Shown piece by piece: positions 36,207-48,283 of a DNA stretch of 64,000 nt. How positions within the stretch are numbered: position 1 is the first letter of the stretch; every line of letters starts with the position of its first letter. Under the pieces are notes generated by a model. The model made no database searches. It saw nothing but the letters and a program-made list of their open reading frames with translations, and was not told the DNA's origin. Origin of the DNA: Gracilinanus agilis (taxonomy: Eukaryota). A program made the translations under genes and the position numbers. The DNA is taken from positions 171,867,292 to 171,931,291 of the forward strand of contig NC_058132.1 of assembly GCF_016433145.1 (NCBI RefSeq). Reading direction: 5' to 3'.

Positions 36207-37167
36207 TGTAAGGATGGGATTTGTGCAAGGGGGATGGGACAAAAGGAGCCAGAGAGAAGGCAGTTGCTGACAGTTGGTGACAGCTGAAACCAGAGAGAAT
36301 TCTGGGAAATTCTCTGGAGGAGGAAGGGGAGAAGAGAGGGCTTTGGATGGAGGACTGTGAGGAGAGAGGAGGTGGACATCCCAGCTCAGATCCAGTCCTG
36401 AGGGCTTCCTGAGGATCTTCTTTGGAAATTGAAAACCTGATTCCCCAATAAAAGTCATTCCATTGCATCTCACCTATCAAGATTTCAACCGTCAAGTTAG
36501 CTAAGATTTTGGACTACATTTTGGGAGTGATCTCTTAGTCTCCTTCTCCCATTACCCAGCCTTACCGAGAGACCCCCTTTCAGTCAAACCCTACAATTAT
36601 AGAAAAGGATAGAAACAGAAAAATAGAAATAGAAGGAGAAGGGGCGAGGGGAGAATCTTAGGAGTGGGAACCCAAAAGGTTCCCACCCGAAGTAACAGAC
36701 CTCATAGAAATAGAGAAGAGGGCACCCCAAAATCCCTCTGCCCTTCACCCCTTTCCCCAATCCCTGAATTGCGATTAATAAAAGCCATTCATCAGTCAGA
36801 TACCATTTGAGAGTGCCTGAGAGACAACAAGGGAGAGGGGAACCACAGCTTGGTCTGGCTGCCTCCATCTTGAAGTCAGACCCCCCCACCACCACTGTGA
36901 ATTTAACTGACTGGGGGAAGGTTTGTGTGAACCCCATCTTTATTCAGGATCAGATTGGAGTACCACATACCTCCTCTTATAGGGAAGCCTCACCTTCAAC
37001 TCCTGAGGGGCAGCATGACCATCCAGGCTACCCAGTTTCAGGGTTAAACCTCTTAAAAGTCTCCCACTGTATATTCGGCCCCAGGGGAGAGCTAGAAGAG
37101 AGACTCACCTTATAGACTTTCTCTCCCCTCTATCAAACATTGGTTAAGGGATCTCATTATTATTACA
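36207..37167. mobile_element. Solo LTR (or two nested LTRs) inserted in L1 ORF2
   Basis: Begins tgtaa and ends ttaca (inverted 5-bp termini); L1 ORF2 sequence resumes on both sides. Internal AATAAA near 36448 and 36777; orientation unresolved; no clean TSD. Confidence 0.6.
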
Positions 37168-37540
37168 ATTTCTATATAAACTATTTGGGAAAATAGGTAA
37201 AGAAGGAATCCTACCAGATTTTTTAATGACACAAATATTATACCTAAGCCAGGAATAGTAAAAACAGAAAAAATATATAGTCCAATTTTATTAATGAATA
37301 TAGGTGTGAAAATTGTAAATAAAATACTAGCAAAGAGACTACAGCAATATATCACAAGGATCATCCACTCTGACCTGGTAGGATTTATACCAGGAATACA
37401 GGGCTGGTTTAATATTAGGAAAACTATTAGCATAATTGGCCATATCAATAACCAAACTAACAGAAATCATATAATTATCTCAATAGGTGCAGAAAAGGCC
37501 TTCAACAAAACGCAACACCCATTCCTATTAAAAACACTAG

Positions 37541-37653
37541 ATGTGTGACCCTGGACAAGTCACTTGACCCCCCTTGCACACCCTTACCACTCTTCCACCT
37601 AGGAGCCAATACACAGAAGTTAAGGGTTTAAAAAAAAATTTAAAAATAAAATA
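37541..37653 (+). mobile_element. 5'-truncated SINE1_Mdo inserted in L1 ORF2
   Basis: TSD aaaacactag at 37531-37540 and 37654-37663. Confidence 0.88.
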
Positions 37654-38729
37654 AAAACACTAGAAACCATAGGTATAATTGGGCCATTCCTTAAAATGAT
37701 AAGTAGTTATCTTCATAAAATCATCAACTAATATCATCTGCAATGGGGTAAGTTAGAGGCCTTCCCAATAAAATCAGGGTTGAAACAAGGATGACTATTA
37801 TCACCATTATTATTTAATATTTTACTAGAAATGACAGCCTTAGCAATAACAGAAGAAAAAGAAATGGAAAGATTTAAAATAGGCAATGAGGAAACTAAAC
37901 TACCACTCTTTGCAGATGATATAAAGGTATAATTAGAGAATCCTAGAGAATCAACTAAAAAACTAATTAAAATAATAAATAACTTTAGCAAAGTTACAGG
38001 ATTCAAAATAAACCCACATAAATCAACAGCATTTCTACATACTACCATTAAAGTTCAGCCTCAAGAGATAGAAAGATAAATTCTATTTAAAATAATTCAA
38101 GACAATATAAAATAGCTGAGAATTTACTTACCAAAATAAACACAAGAATTATATGAACACAATTATAACACACTTTTCACACAAATAGTTAGATCTAAAA
38201 CAACTGGAAAAATACCAGTTGTTCATGGGTAGGCTGAGCTAATATAATAAAAATGACAATTCTATAAAAATTAATTTAATTATTCAGTGCCATACCCATC
38301 AAACTACCAAAAATTATTTTATAGACTTAGAAAAATAAAAACAAAATTTATTTGGAAAAACAAAAAGTTAAGAATGTCAAAAGAACAATTTAAAAAATGT
38401 CAAGGAAAATGGGTCTAGCAGAACCAAATATCAGACATTAAGTAGTAATCATCAAAAATGATCTTACCCACCTAATATTTGATAAATCCAAAGACCCTAG
38501 TTTTGGGGAAAAGAATTCACTATTTGACAAAAACTGATGGGAAAACTAGAAAACAATATATCAGAAACTAGGTATATGCCAGTACCTCATACCCTATACC
38601 AAGATAAGGTCAAAATGGGTATATGATTTAAATATAAAGAATGACAACATAAGTAAGTTAGGGGAACATAGAATAGTTTACCTGGCAGATCTATGAAGAA
38701 GGGAAGAATTCATGACCAAACAAGAGCTA

Positions 38730-38964
38730 TGTGGGCTTTAAAATTAACATACAATAACTAAGTATTATATTTTATAAATTTTATTAATAATAACTAAAAT
38801 AAAAAAGCTAGCTAAAAAGGTGCTAACCCAGCCTGGTCGCCAGAGAAGAGAGCAAGTGGGAGGAGCTACACAATTTATAAACAATTATGTGAAGATGCAA
38901 ATGGGGACAAAGGGAAAAACATAAATCTCCCTGCAGAGCAAGGAGGTAGGAGCCAGTCAGGACA

Positions 38965-39000
<36 letters not shown>

Positions 39001-39006
39001 CTTACA
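38730..39006 (-). mobile_element. Short solo LTR containing a 34-nt A run
   Basis: TG...CA termini with 5-bp TSD agcta / agtta; reverse TATA-like and AATAAA-like motifs. Confidence 0.5.
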
Positions 39007-39029
39007 AGTTAGAACATTGATCTAGAGTG

Positions 39030-39340
39030 AATAAAATGAAATTTAACAGGAACATACATTTAGGTTCAAGAAATTGACTTCACAAGTATAAAATGAAGGA
39101 GAGGATTAGACAATAGTTTGAAAACAACCTCAAGATTTTCATGTACTCCCAGCTCAACAACTGGAGCTGTACTAAAAGCCTGAACAATGTCCAGGAAAAA
39201 GGAAATGATAGCTCTGTTGTACTCTGCCACTATTAGATCACATCTAGACTACTGTATTGTTCTGGACGTCACAGTTTAGGAAGGACAGTGATAAACTGGA
39301 GAGTGCCCAGAGGAAGGCAACCAGGATAGTAAAGGAATTC
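39030..39340 (+). mobile_element. CR1/L3 3' remnant
   Basis: ctgtactctgccactattagatcacatctagactactgtattgttctggacgtcacagtttaggaaggacagtgataaactggagagtgcccagaggaaggcaaccaggatagt. Confidence 0.75.
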
Positions 39341-39699
39341 CAATCCATATCTATGCTGATCTCTTGAGGAAACTTTATCAATGTGAAAAATAATTGCTTT
39401 ACTGATCTATGATCTAGCCATAGTTTGTTATCCCTAGTTTATTTCAAATCAGTATTACTATTTAGTGTAATTACATAAGGGATTGTTCAATAAACCAATA
39501 TTCATATCTAATCAATCAAGTTTGATCTCATAGATATTGAGCTATATTATACTCACATCAGGTTAAAGAGATTCTTTCTTATAGCAGACTTTTTAAGGCA
39601 TAAGAAGCATGTTTAAGACAGTATAACGTAAACTATTTAAAAAATAGATAATATACTATGAGCCATGACTGCATTTGCTTAACCACAAAAATTTCCTAG

Positions 39700-40330
39700 C
39701 TAGAGGACCTCCACCCATGTGATGAGGCAGGGGATCACCTGGACCTCTGCCCTCTAACATTTTCCCCTCATTGGAAGGATATGCATTCCATTGCCCATCT
39801 TATGACCCTTTAGTCAGCAACAGTGTACATCCTGCCCATCTTGTGAGCAGAGATTTTCCCCCTCTTGTGATCACTCATGGAAAGTCCCCAAGTTATTTTA
39901 GAAGCCCCATCACCCTTTGTCATTTCTCTTGATTGTCCAACACCAGGAGGAATTCTGCCTGCTGGATGATTGCCCAACTTCTCCCCATTGCTAGGACTTG
40001 GGTAGGACTTGCCCACTCATTTTTTAAAACCACCAATGTGACCATGAGAAAACCAATGAGAATTTGTATTCTGTGGTTCACCATCCGGACTGTCTTGGAT
40101 CTAAAGGTTATAAAATTTGTATCGTGGAGCAGTACAATTGTGAGGAAAATCTGAGGTTCCATTCACTAAAAAGGGCCAGGTCCCTTTAATATTTATTGGC
40201 ACAGAGCTCTGTCTCAGTTCTTTTATTGCAGATTGGACAAATTTCTGGCGTTACACACTGAAGGGAATAAAGGAGAGGTAACTGATCATAATATCTATCT
40301 CTAAGTTCTCAGGTAGCACCTCCTTTGGGG
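39700..40330 (-). mobile_element. Possible ERV internal remnant (integrase C-terminus / env leader)
   Basis: Minus strand gives HWW.-KNEWASPTQVLAMGRSWAII, resembling the retroviral integrase C-terminal WW...W.GP..V..WGRG.A.I pattern; weak, by-eye similarity only. Confidence 0.3.
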
Positions 40331-40539
40331 CCAGTGCAGCAACTCACTGTCAGGTTGGATCCCCAGAGGATGGCTGACAACTAAGCTCTCAAGGTTCTAG
40401 GAATATTCTCTGAGGGGCAGTATTCTAGTATAATCATTTAAGAGCATATTTGGGTTTTTTTTTAAAGGACGTTTACAAAAGCAATATATCAAAGACAGTT
40501 GGTACAAAACATTACCACCTGCTCCTGCAAATCAGGATG

Positions 40540-41070
40540 TACTCTAAATTTAATTCTGGCTCACTGAGCCTCAGATAACAACAGGAAGTCCAAATGGAGA
40601 TATCCAGCAGGCAATTGGAAATGCAGGACTGGAGCTAAAGATTTAAAATGAAAATCATTCACACCAAAACCATAAGAATGGATGAGATCACTAAAGGACA
40701 GAACATAGAGAAAAAAGAGAGGCAAAAGCAGTACTTTGAAGGCTACCTAAAATTAGGGGAGCCAGAAGAAGAAAAATGAATAAAGAAGAATTGGATGGAA
40801 TAAGAGAAATAAGTGTCACAGAAGTCAAGGGAAGAGAGAATATCAAGGAGGAAAGAGTAATCAATAGTGTCTAATATTGTGGAGGGGTCAAGGAGAATGA
40901 GAACTGGGAAAAGGTCATTGAATTTGGCAATTACAAATGATGATCCTGGACATAAGGATTTCAGAAGAATGGTGAATTTGGAAGCCATTTTGCAAGAGTT
41001 TGAAGAGTAAGTGGGTGGTAAGAAAATGAAGCAACAAAAGTAGACTCCCCTTTTAGAAGTTTGACAGGAT
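40540..41070 (-). mobile_element. L2 LINE remnant
   Basis: agtgtcacagaagtcaagggaagagagaatatcaaggagg...aatgagaactgggaaaaggtcattgaatttggcaatta. Confidence 0.7.
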
Positions 41071-41821
41071 ACCATTAGAAGGTCTATATCCCAAAAAGAT
41101 CAAAGAGATTCTACCCTGCCTCCCAGTTTAGTTAATTTATCAGTCAAAAGTATTTATTGAATGCCAAGTATCAGGCACTGGTTAGCTACTGGAAAAGATG
41201 CAAAAGAAGAGCTTAGAAAAGGGCAGAATGATATAGAGCTGGACTTAGAGGTTTAATATGTAGGTTTAATGTTCTACTCCGTAGCACTTCCTAACAGTAT
41301 GATTTACACTAAGCAAGTCATTGATCCTCTCAGTTTCCTGATTTATAAAATGGAGATGATATTTTATTCCCTACCTCCCAGGATTCTTGGAAGGAAAGTT
41401 GTTTATAAATCTTCAAACACTATAAAAATGAGTTATAAATTCATTATCATATACTCAGTTCTGCTATCTCTGGCTTATGTGACTTTAGTAAGTCTGTTTA
41501 CCTTTCTAAGCATCAGTTTCCTCATTTGTATAATGAAGGGGTTAGAGTAGATGACATATTAAATATGTAAAATGTTTTCTACATCTAACCTATAAATTGA
41601 TATTACAAAATTAACACATATAAGATGATAGACACCAAATTATAATGTACTAGCCATGAATAGAATTAGGTTATAAAACTGAATGCTGGAAAACATCTTA
41701 GAAGTTCTCAATCCAATCTCCCATATTAGAGAAAACTCATCCTTACAGAGATTAAATAACTTGGCAAACATATAAAGTGGCAGTGAGGATTCAAATCCAT
41801 ATCCTCTAGCTACCAATCTGC

Positions 41822-42627
41822 TGTGGGAAGGTAAATTTCTTTAGTTTCAGTGACATCTATCAATCCATATTTAAAATCACATTGGTCATAAGCAGAGAAA
41901 ATCAACTTTAGAAGCTAATATAATAAATCTATGGAGAAATCCTTAATAAACACCCACCAGTGATTATGCCATGCTACCTTCATTATATGGTGGGGAGAAG
42001 GGAAGGTAAGTAGATAGGAAGGTTGAAAGGAGAAAGGAAAGAGGAAGGTAGAAGAAGGGAAAGGAAGGTAGCTGCCTCCAGCCCCAGCAGGGGGAAATTG
42101 ACCAGAGCCCTTCCGGGCTCAAATAAAAGATCAGAGAGCAACTTTAGGGTTTAGACTAGCTAGGTTTTATTTAAATTAGAAAGGGGAAGGTCTAGGAAAA
42201 ACTAGGAGGTAGATAGAAAAGGAAAAAGGCTCTGAGAGAGGATATCAGGGTAGATAGTGTCAGCCAGCCTCCAGGCTTGAGAGAGCAGGGAAGGAAAAGG
42301 AGCCAAACTTTTTCTTTAATACTTTCTCCAACACCTCCTACAAAGGAAGTGGGAGGTGTCGGGGGAAGTTGTGGCAGGGAGCCGTGGGAGTTGTAGTCTT
42401 CCAGGGCTTACAGCAATTCCAAACTGCACAATCACCTACTCCTAAAGTTGACACCTTGTTTATGAACGGTGTGATCTGTATATACATCTAATTGGTGGTT
42501 CACAGCTGTGACTAACAAATTTATCTTCCTCACTTTGAGATTTTTGCATTTAAGGATTTTTCACTTTTAAGTTAAGCTCAAACTTTTCACTAAAGGAGTC
42601 CTGGATTTTGTCTTCCTCTAGTGGACA
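41822..42627 (-). mobile_element. Solo LTR carrying a ZNF143/THAP11-type ACTACAACTCCCA motif
   Basis: TG...CA ends. On minus, in order: ACTACAACTCCCA (42397-42385), TATTAAA near 42318, AATAAA near 42170. No clear TSD. Confidence 0.55.
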
Positions 42628-42656
42628 TATGATTAATAACAAGAGAATATATTTCA

Positions 42657-43020
42657 ACCAGTCCAGACTGGCTTGAACTAATCCAGACCAATTTAAGCTG
42701 GTCCAAGGTAAGCCAAACCGGTCCAGACTGGTTTTACCTGGTTTGAGCTGGTTCTGACTAGTTTAAACCAGTCCAGACTGGTTTTTAGCTGGTCCAGGCC
42801 AGTTTGAGCCAGTTCGTACCAGTGTGAGCCAGTTTGAGCCAGTCCAGACTGGTTTGAGCAGTTCAAGCTGGTTCTTACTGGTTTGGGCCATTTTTAAGCT
42901 GGTTTGACCCAGTTTGAGCTGTCCAAACTCAGTGCTGACCAGTTTGAGCAGGTTCTGACAGGTTTGAGCTGGTTCCGACCAGTTTGAGTCAGTTCTGACC
43001 ACTTTGAGCCAGTTCTGACC
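42657..43020. repeat. Degenerate tandem array with a 10-bp period (cagtttgagc / cagttctgac type units), about 36 units
   Basis: Units read directly, e.g. cagtttgagc cagttcgtac cagtgtgagc cagtttgagc cagtccagac tggtttgagc. Confidence 0.9.
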
Positions 43021-43203
43021 TTAGAAACTGGGAGCTTGTTATTTATCAAATACTAACCTGCTAGGTTCATTTCCTTCTTGTATACCTAATGTCCTCTATT
43101 GACTAACCTTTCTTCCACTTTTCTCATTATTTCCCTTGAGATTCTAAACCTTTTGTTCCTCTTTATGCATTTTTTCTAGCTCCATAATTTTCCCTTAATC
43201 TTT

Positions 43204-43403
43204 TCTTTTTTAACCCTTACCTTTCATCTTAGAATCAATACTGTACTTTGGTTCCAAGGCAAAAGAGTGGTAAGGGCTAGGCAATGGGGATTAAGTGATT
43301 TGCCCAGGGTCACACAGCTACGAAGTATCTGAGGTCAGATTTGAACCTGGGACCTCCTGCCTCTAGGCCTGGCTCTCAATCCACTGAGTTACCCAGCTGC
43401 CCT
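43204..43403 (-). mobile_element. SINE1_Mdo-type SINE
   Basis: Reverse near-consensus copy bounded by cccttaatcttt repeats. Confidence 0.9.
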
Positions 43404-43415
43404 CCCTTAATCTTT

Positions 43416-43595
43416 TTTTTTTTTTTTTAACTCTTACCTTCCATCTTAGAATCAATATGCAGAAGACTAAGTAATGGGGATTAAGCAACTTCCCCAGTGT
43501 CACACAACTAGGAAGTATCTGAGGCCAGATTTGAATCCAAGTTCTCCCATCTCTAGGTCTGATGGTCAATCCACTGAGCCACCTAGCTTCCCCTT
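43416..43595 (-). mobile_element. SINE1_Mdo-type SINE (older, tandem with previous)
   Basis: Reverse copy bounded by cccttaatcttt at 43404 and 43596. Confidence 0.88.
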
Positions 43596-44763
43596 CCCTT
43601 AATCTTTAATAAAAAACCTTTAGTAAATAGAAGATAAAGCACAAATAATTGAATTATGTCTTTCCACCCACAAATCTGGCGTATACTCTCCCATCAATGT
43701 GTACAAAATGCACATGGAGGACAGTGGTCAAAAATGTAAAATATTTAGTTTCTAATAAGGAGGCACAGCTCTGGAACTATGAATAATCAGTACAAAAATG
43801 GACATGTGTAAGATGAGTGGCTCTATAGCTGGATGACTTCTCTGTTAAGCTGGGCTGTTCTGTTGCGGGACCAAGTTGCTCCTCCTCTGAACTTTTCTCT
43901 TAAATATAAAGTTCTCTTAAATATAAACATGTTATATTATAAACAGACAGACACATTTACTCACATAGGGTATTCCAAAAGTTTGAGTGCAATTTCAAGC
44001 TTTAACAGCTTTTGTACCTTAAAAAAGGTCTTAAGATTTTTGTGATACATATGTATGTTTGGTGTCATACTCTCCTAAGACATCATTAATATAAATCACA
44101 AAATATCTTACATTTCAATGCCTTTATCAGTGAGAACATATTTTATTGGATTTTAGAATCAATAAAAGGCATAAATTAGGGACAAATCAAATAAAAACTG
44201 CAATTGATATTGCACAGGAAATATTTTTTGTATGGTCAAGTGAATAAACATTTATTAAGTTTTTACCACTGTGCTGATTAACTGAAAGTAATCAATCACA
44301 TTATGTACTAAATTTAGAACTTCAATGGCCATATAGACTAGAAATCAAAAAGGCTAAGCCAAGCCACTGAAACTGAATTATGGAGGTGTGAGAATATTAA
44401 AAAGATTCCCTTTCTCTTCAGTAGAAGAACAAACTTTTGACATTCTAAAGGTCAGAAAATTTGAACTTTCCAAGTATTATTGGATCCTTAGATGTGAATA
44501 GGCACATAGATAGCTTTCAGGGGCAATATTTTTGTGTTTACTGTTATTATAAAACCATCTCAGTAGATATTGCTTTGTAATAATTAAATCTAGATGGATA
44601 GTAATCATTGGGGAACATTATGTGTGAAAGACTCATGAGTAAGTGTATTAGAAAACTTCTTTATCCCCTCAGAATTATGTTGAGGAGTAAGAAAATCTGA
44701 CACTAGGTAACTGGTCTACCAATTCCAGTAGGAACGTAAAGAAAGTATTCGTGGATTAGATTT

Positions 44764-44778
44764 TGTGTGTGTGTGTGT

Positions 44779-44823
<45 letters not shown>
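44764..44823. repeat. (TG)n microsatellite
   Basis: About 29 tg units with one interruption. Confidence 0.95.
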
Positions 44824-44826
<3 letters not shown>

Positions 44827-47029
44827 CTTTAACAATTGCTTTGAGAATGTTGTAAAATAATTTTAATGATTTCCAGATTATAAATTCTTGGAGTGTGAGG
44901 ATTTTCATTTTTGTCTTTGTATTCCTAGCATCTAGAACAATGTTTTGGAATAAAAGAAGTTCTTAAAGAACTCTTAATAAATATTAGTTGAATTGGAATA
45001 AAAGTAATAGTATCATAGTCAAAGCTTGGATAAGTAAAAAATATTAATACAAAGCTTTTGTTCACAAAAAAATTTAAAAGCAAATAAACCTGATGATTTC
45101 TATTCTCTGCTTAGGCAATAAAAATGTATTAGGTGCTAACTGTGTGCTAGGTACTGTGCTAAGACCCAAGCATAAAAAGAAAGACAAATATATAATACCG
45201 GTTCTCAAGGACCTCACATTTTTGAGAGAGACAACATGAAAAACATTGTATATTCAAGATAAAGCTGAAATAGGAGGTAATCTTGGAGAGAAAACCTTAG
45301 CAGAGGGGAATTGGGTTGTGGACAGAAACTATGAAAGATAGCTTAAATCTTGCTTGCAAAAAGTAGGATTTTAGCTGATTTTAGCTGAGGAAGCCATAGA
45401 GACTAGCTGGTAAAGGTAAGGAGAGCATTCTAGGGCTGGGGAAGGTCAAAAGCATGGAATAGGCATAGAGTATTTCATATGAAGAAGGTCCACTGGGGCC
45501 TCAAATGCCAAACATCAGACATTGTGGGTGATGAGGTTTAGGGTTGAGATGGCTATGTTTGTCTGCATGTGGTTTCACTGGAGGGCCTGGAGAAATAGCC
45601 ATGAGAAAGGGTGAACCAGTGAACCATCTTCCAGATAGAAAGGAGAAATGATTACCGTCCAGTTAGACCAGGGATGATTGAGGTATGTTACATAACTTCT
45701 GAGGAAAAGTGTGCCCCCAAAAGAACATTTTTCTTGTTTGGATGTTAACAAAACACAAGAACAGAATAAAGAATCTGGACCAATCCATGATTTACCATGC
45801 CCAGTCGCAGATATAAGCCAGAGAAGGGGCCAGATCCTTTCTTACTTAACAATTGACAAACTTTATTGAAATCCACCAAGCACTTGATTAAAACAGAACA
45901 GGATATCTTGCTTGTTGGTATTTGGTTGATGTTGAAAGAATGGCATTAAATGATGCAATAGAGTTGCCCAATAGGGAATAAGAACCTGCTCGTTCATATG
46001 GGATGAAGGCAAGTTCCCAGTGTGAAGAAGGCACTACATTTTCCATGATATCCTGGCCGAGACAGAGATCACTTAAAGGAAGAAGTTCCCGATATTCCAT
46101 TTCCCATGAGACTGTAAACCTCTGTTATAGAAAGATTATGTCACAAGATGCAGTCATTGAGATGTATTTCTGAAAAGCCTGTGGAGGAGAAATGTAAATG
46201 TGGTATCTATTCTTCCAGCTCTTCTAGCAAACTCCTAAAACCCCATGAAGTAAGGGAAAAGTGGTCCCAAGAGCAGAGCTAAGCTACAGTAGCCTGATGC
46301 TAAGACATGTGGTCCCTCCTTTTGCTTCCAGAAAGGAAAGAGGAGACTTCTTTTACTATTTTGGAGGCATGAGACTTAGGGTGAGATGTTTTATGATCTT
46401 TATGCACTTCAATTTTTCCTGATTTTTTAAATTTTAATGCATTCTTTCTCTAATTTGCTAGCAATAGTTGAGTTTAGATATCGTTAAAGTTTCACAGCTA
46501 AGCTGGGACTGGGATTTGAGCCAGTGGTACACTTATATTCCAATATATCCCACAATGAATCTGTTGATTCATCATAATCCAGAATCAAACAAAATACAGG
46601 CTACCTACAGATACTGTCATATTTTGACAGAATGAGGCCTTGAAAACAGCATTTCAGTCACGTGTCTGCTGATACCTTAGTTCTTTTTGCAAACCTTAAA
46701 ATCCTATATAAATGCTAGATATTATTATTACTTTAATCCATTCAAAGAATGGGGATAGAGGGCACTGCTCTTAAGTGGAGCAAGTCCCTTGCTCTTGTTT
46801 GGTCACCATTCTCATTTCAGGAGGAACCCTCCCTGGGCTGCTCAAAAGAAAGAGACCTGTGGTGAGTTAGAATGGTATTAGGTTATTCATGAAAATGATG
46901 GAGATTGATTTCAAGTGTGAGACTTTTTTTTTTAGAATTTATAGGAAAAGAAAGACCAACAAGGTTTTCTTTTCAAATTAATCCAAAGCATATTGTTAGC
47001 ATACATTTTTCCTTCATTTCTTTTTTAAA

Positions 47030-47225
47030 AATTAAACATTTACCTTTTTTTGTCTTATAACTGATCCTAAGTATCAGTCCAAGGCAATCAGTGAGGGCCA
47101 GGCAATTGGGGTTAAATGACTTGCCCAGGGTCACACAGCTGGGGAGTGTCTGAAGTCAGATATAAACACAGGGCTTTCCATTTCCAAACCTGGCTCTCTA
47201 CCCACTGAGCCACTTAGCTGCCTCC
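47030..47225 (-). mobile_element. SINE1_Mdo/MAR1-type SINE
   Basis: Reverse copy ...ggggttaaatgacttgcccagggtcacacagctgggg...cccactgagccacttagctgcctc. Confidence 0.85.
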
Positions 47226-47499
47226 TAACATATATATTTATTTTAATGCTTTCTTAATTTATAATAGAGAATGCAAGGGTAATGGGTCAAGTCAGCTTTT
47301 ATAGCCCCCAGCCTTATTTGATTTCACATCCCCTGTCTGCACATTGCACTTTAGCTAAACCAGGCTTTTCTCTGATTCATATTTCCTCTTCCCTCTCCAT
47401 GTCTTTGCAGTGTCAGTTCTTCATACATGGAATGCACTCCCCTCTTATCTACAACTCAGAATCCCTCTTTTCCTTTAAGATGCAGTTCAAACTGGGATT

Positions 47500-47682
47500 G
47501 AAAGCCAGGTCTAGAGTTGGGAGGCCATGGATTCAAATCAGTCCTCAGATACTTCCTAGCTGTGGGAACCTGGGCAAGTCACTTAACCCTTTGCCTAACC
47601 CTTACCACTCTTCTGCCTTGGAACAAAATACATAGCATGGATTCTAAAGATGGAAGGTAAGGGTTCGGGAAAAAAAAAAAAA
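47500..47682 (+). mobile_element. SINE1_Mdo-type SINE
   Basis: gaaagccaggtctagagttgggagg...accactcttctgccttggaac...gatggaaggtaagggtt plus A tail. Confidence 0.88.
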
Positions 47683-48283
47683 GATACAATTCAAGCACTA
47701 TGTTCTGTATAAAGCTTTTTCTGGTCTTCCATTTCCTAGAGCCATTCTTCCCAAACTGCTCTAAATGTATTTGTATTTACTCTGAACATACATACATATA
47801 TACTATTATCTTTCTCCTTGGAATATAAACTCTTTGAGATGAATTGCTTCATTCTTTGTATTTGTGTCCCCTGCACCTAACTCCAATCTCTGTGCCTGGA
47901 ACCTAGTAGGAGTTTAATAAATTCATGTTGCTCCACTTGCTTACTGGATTGTGAAACAGATAGGGAGATGGAAACAGAATTGCCAAAAAATGAGATCTGA
48001 GCTATTTTACAGTTTTTATCAATGATTTCCATGAAGACATTTCAGATGGCATCAAAACAAACTAGCAAAAGGTCAGTCAGTCTCAGAATGTACTGTATTA
48101 GATAGATTGGAGGATTTAGTTATATCACAATCCTGGAAACAAATCTATGTTTTAGAATCTCAGAGCTGGAGGGAACCTTATAAAGCATCTAGGTCTGCCA
48201 TTCCCTGACCCAGAATCCCATCTACAACATCCCTAACAACTGATTAGCCCACCTTCACTTTGCTGGAAAAGGATCATGTAGAT

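Larger units (their letters stand above)
33320..38726 (+). mobile_element. Degraded, nearly full-length marsupial L1 (5'UTR, ORF1, ORF2), with nested L1 3' fragment, LTR and SINE insertions
   Basis: ORF1 remnant QEIIKENCPDVLEQESKIEIERIHR (34438-34665). ORF2 RT remnant [34 protein letters not shown]...[12 protein letters not shown] (37294-37548), plus tttgcagatgat (FADD) near 37910. Confidence 0.92.

Noticed and set aside
40040-40190. + strand Cys/His-rich peptide ending ...KICIVEQ..., reminiscent of a dependoparvovirus Rep C-terminus
   Set aside because: Only a few residues match, there is no stop after EQ, and no SF3 helicase or capsid motif is nearby.
42657-43020. Array as CRISPR-like locus, or its 79-aa minus-strand ORF (42763-43002) as a gene
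   Set aside because: No unique spacers, no cas genes, eukaryotic context; the ORF is a by-product of the periodic repeat.
45480-46330. Coding-looking segment with a 70-aa minus-strand ORF
   Set aside because: All six frames have multiple stops and I recognised no motif; probably an old repeat, left unannotated.
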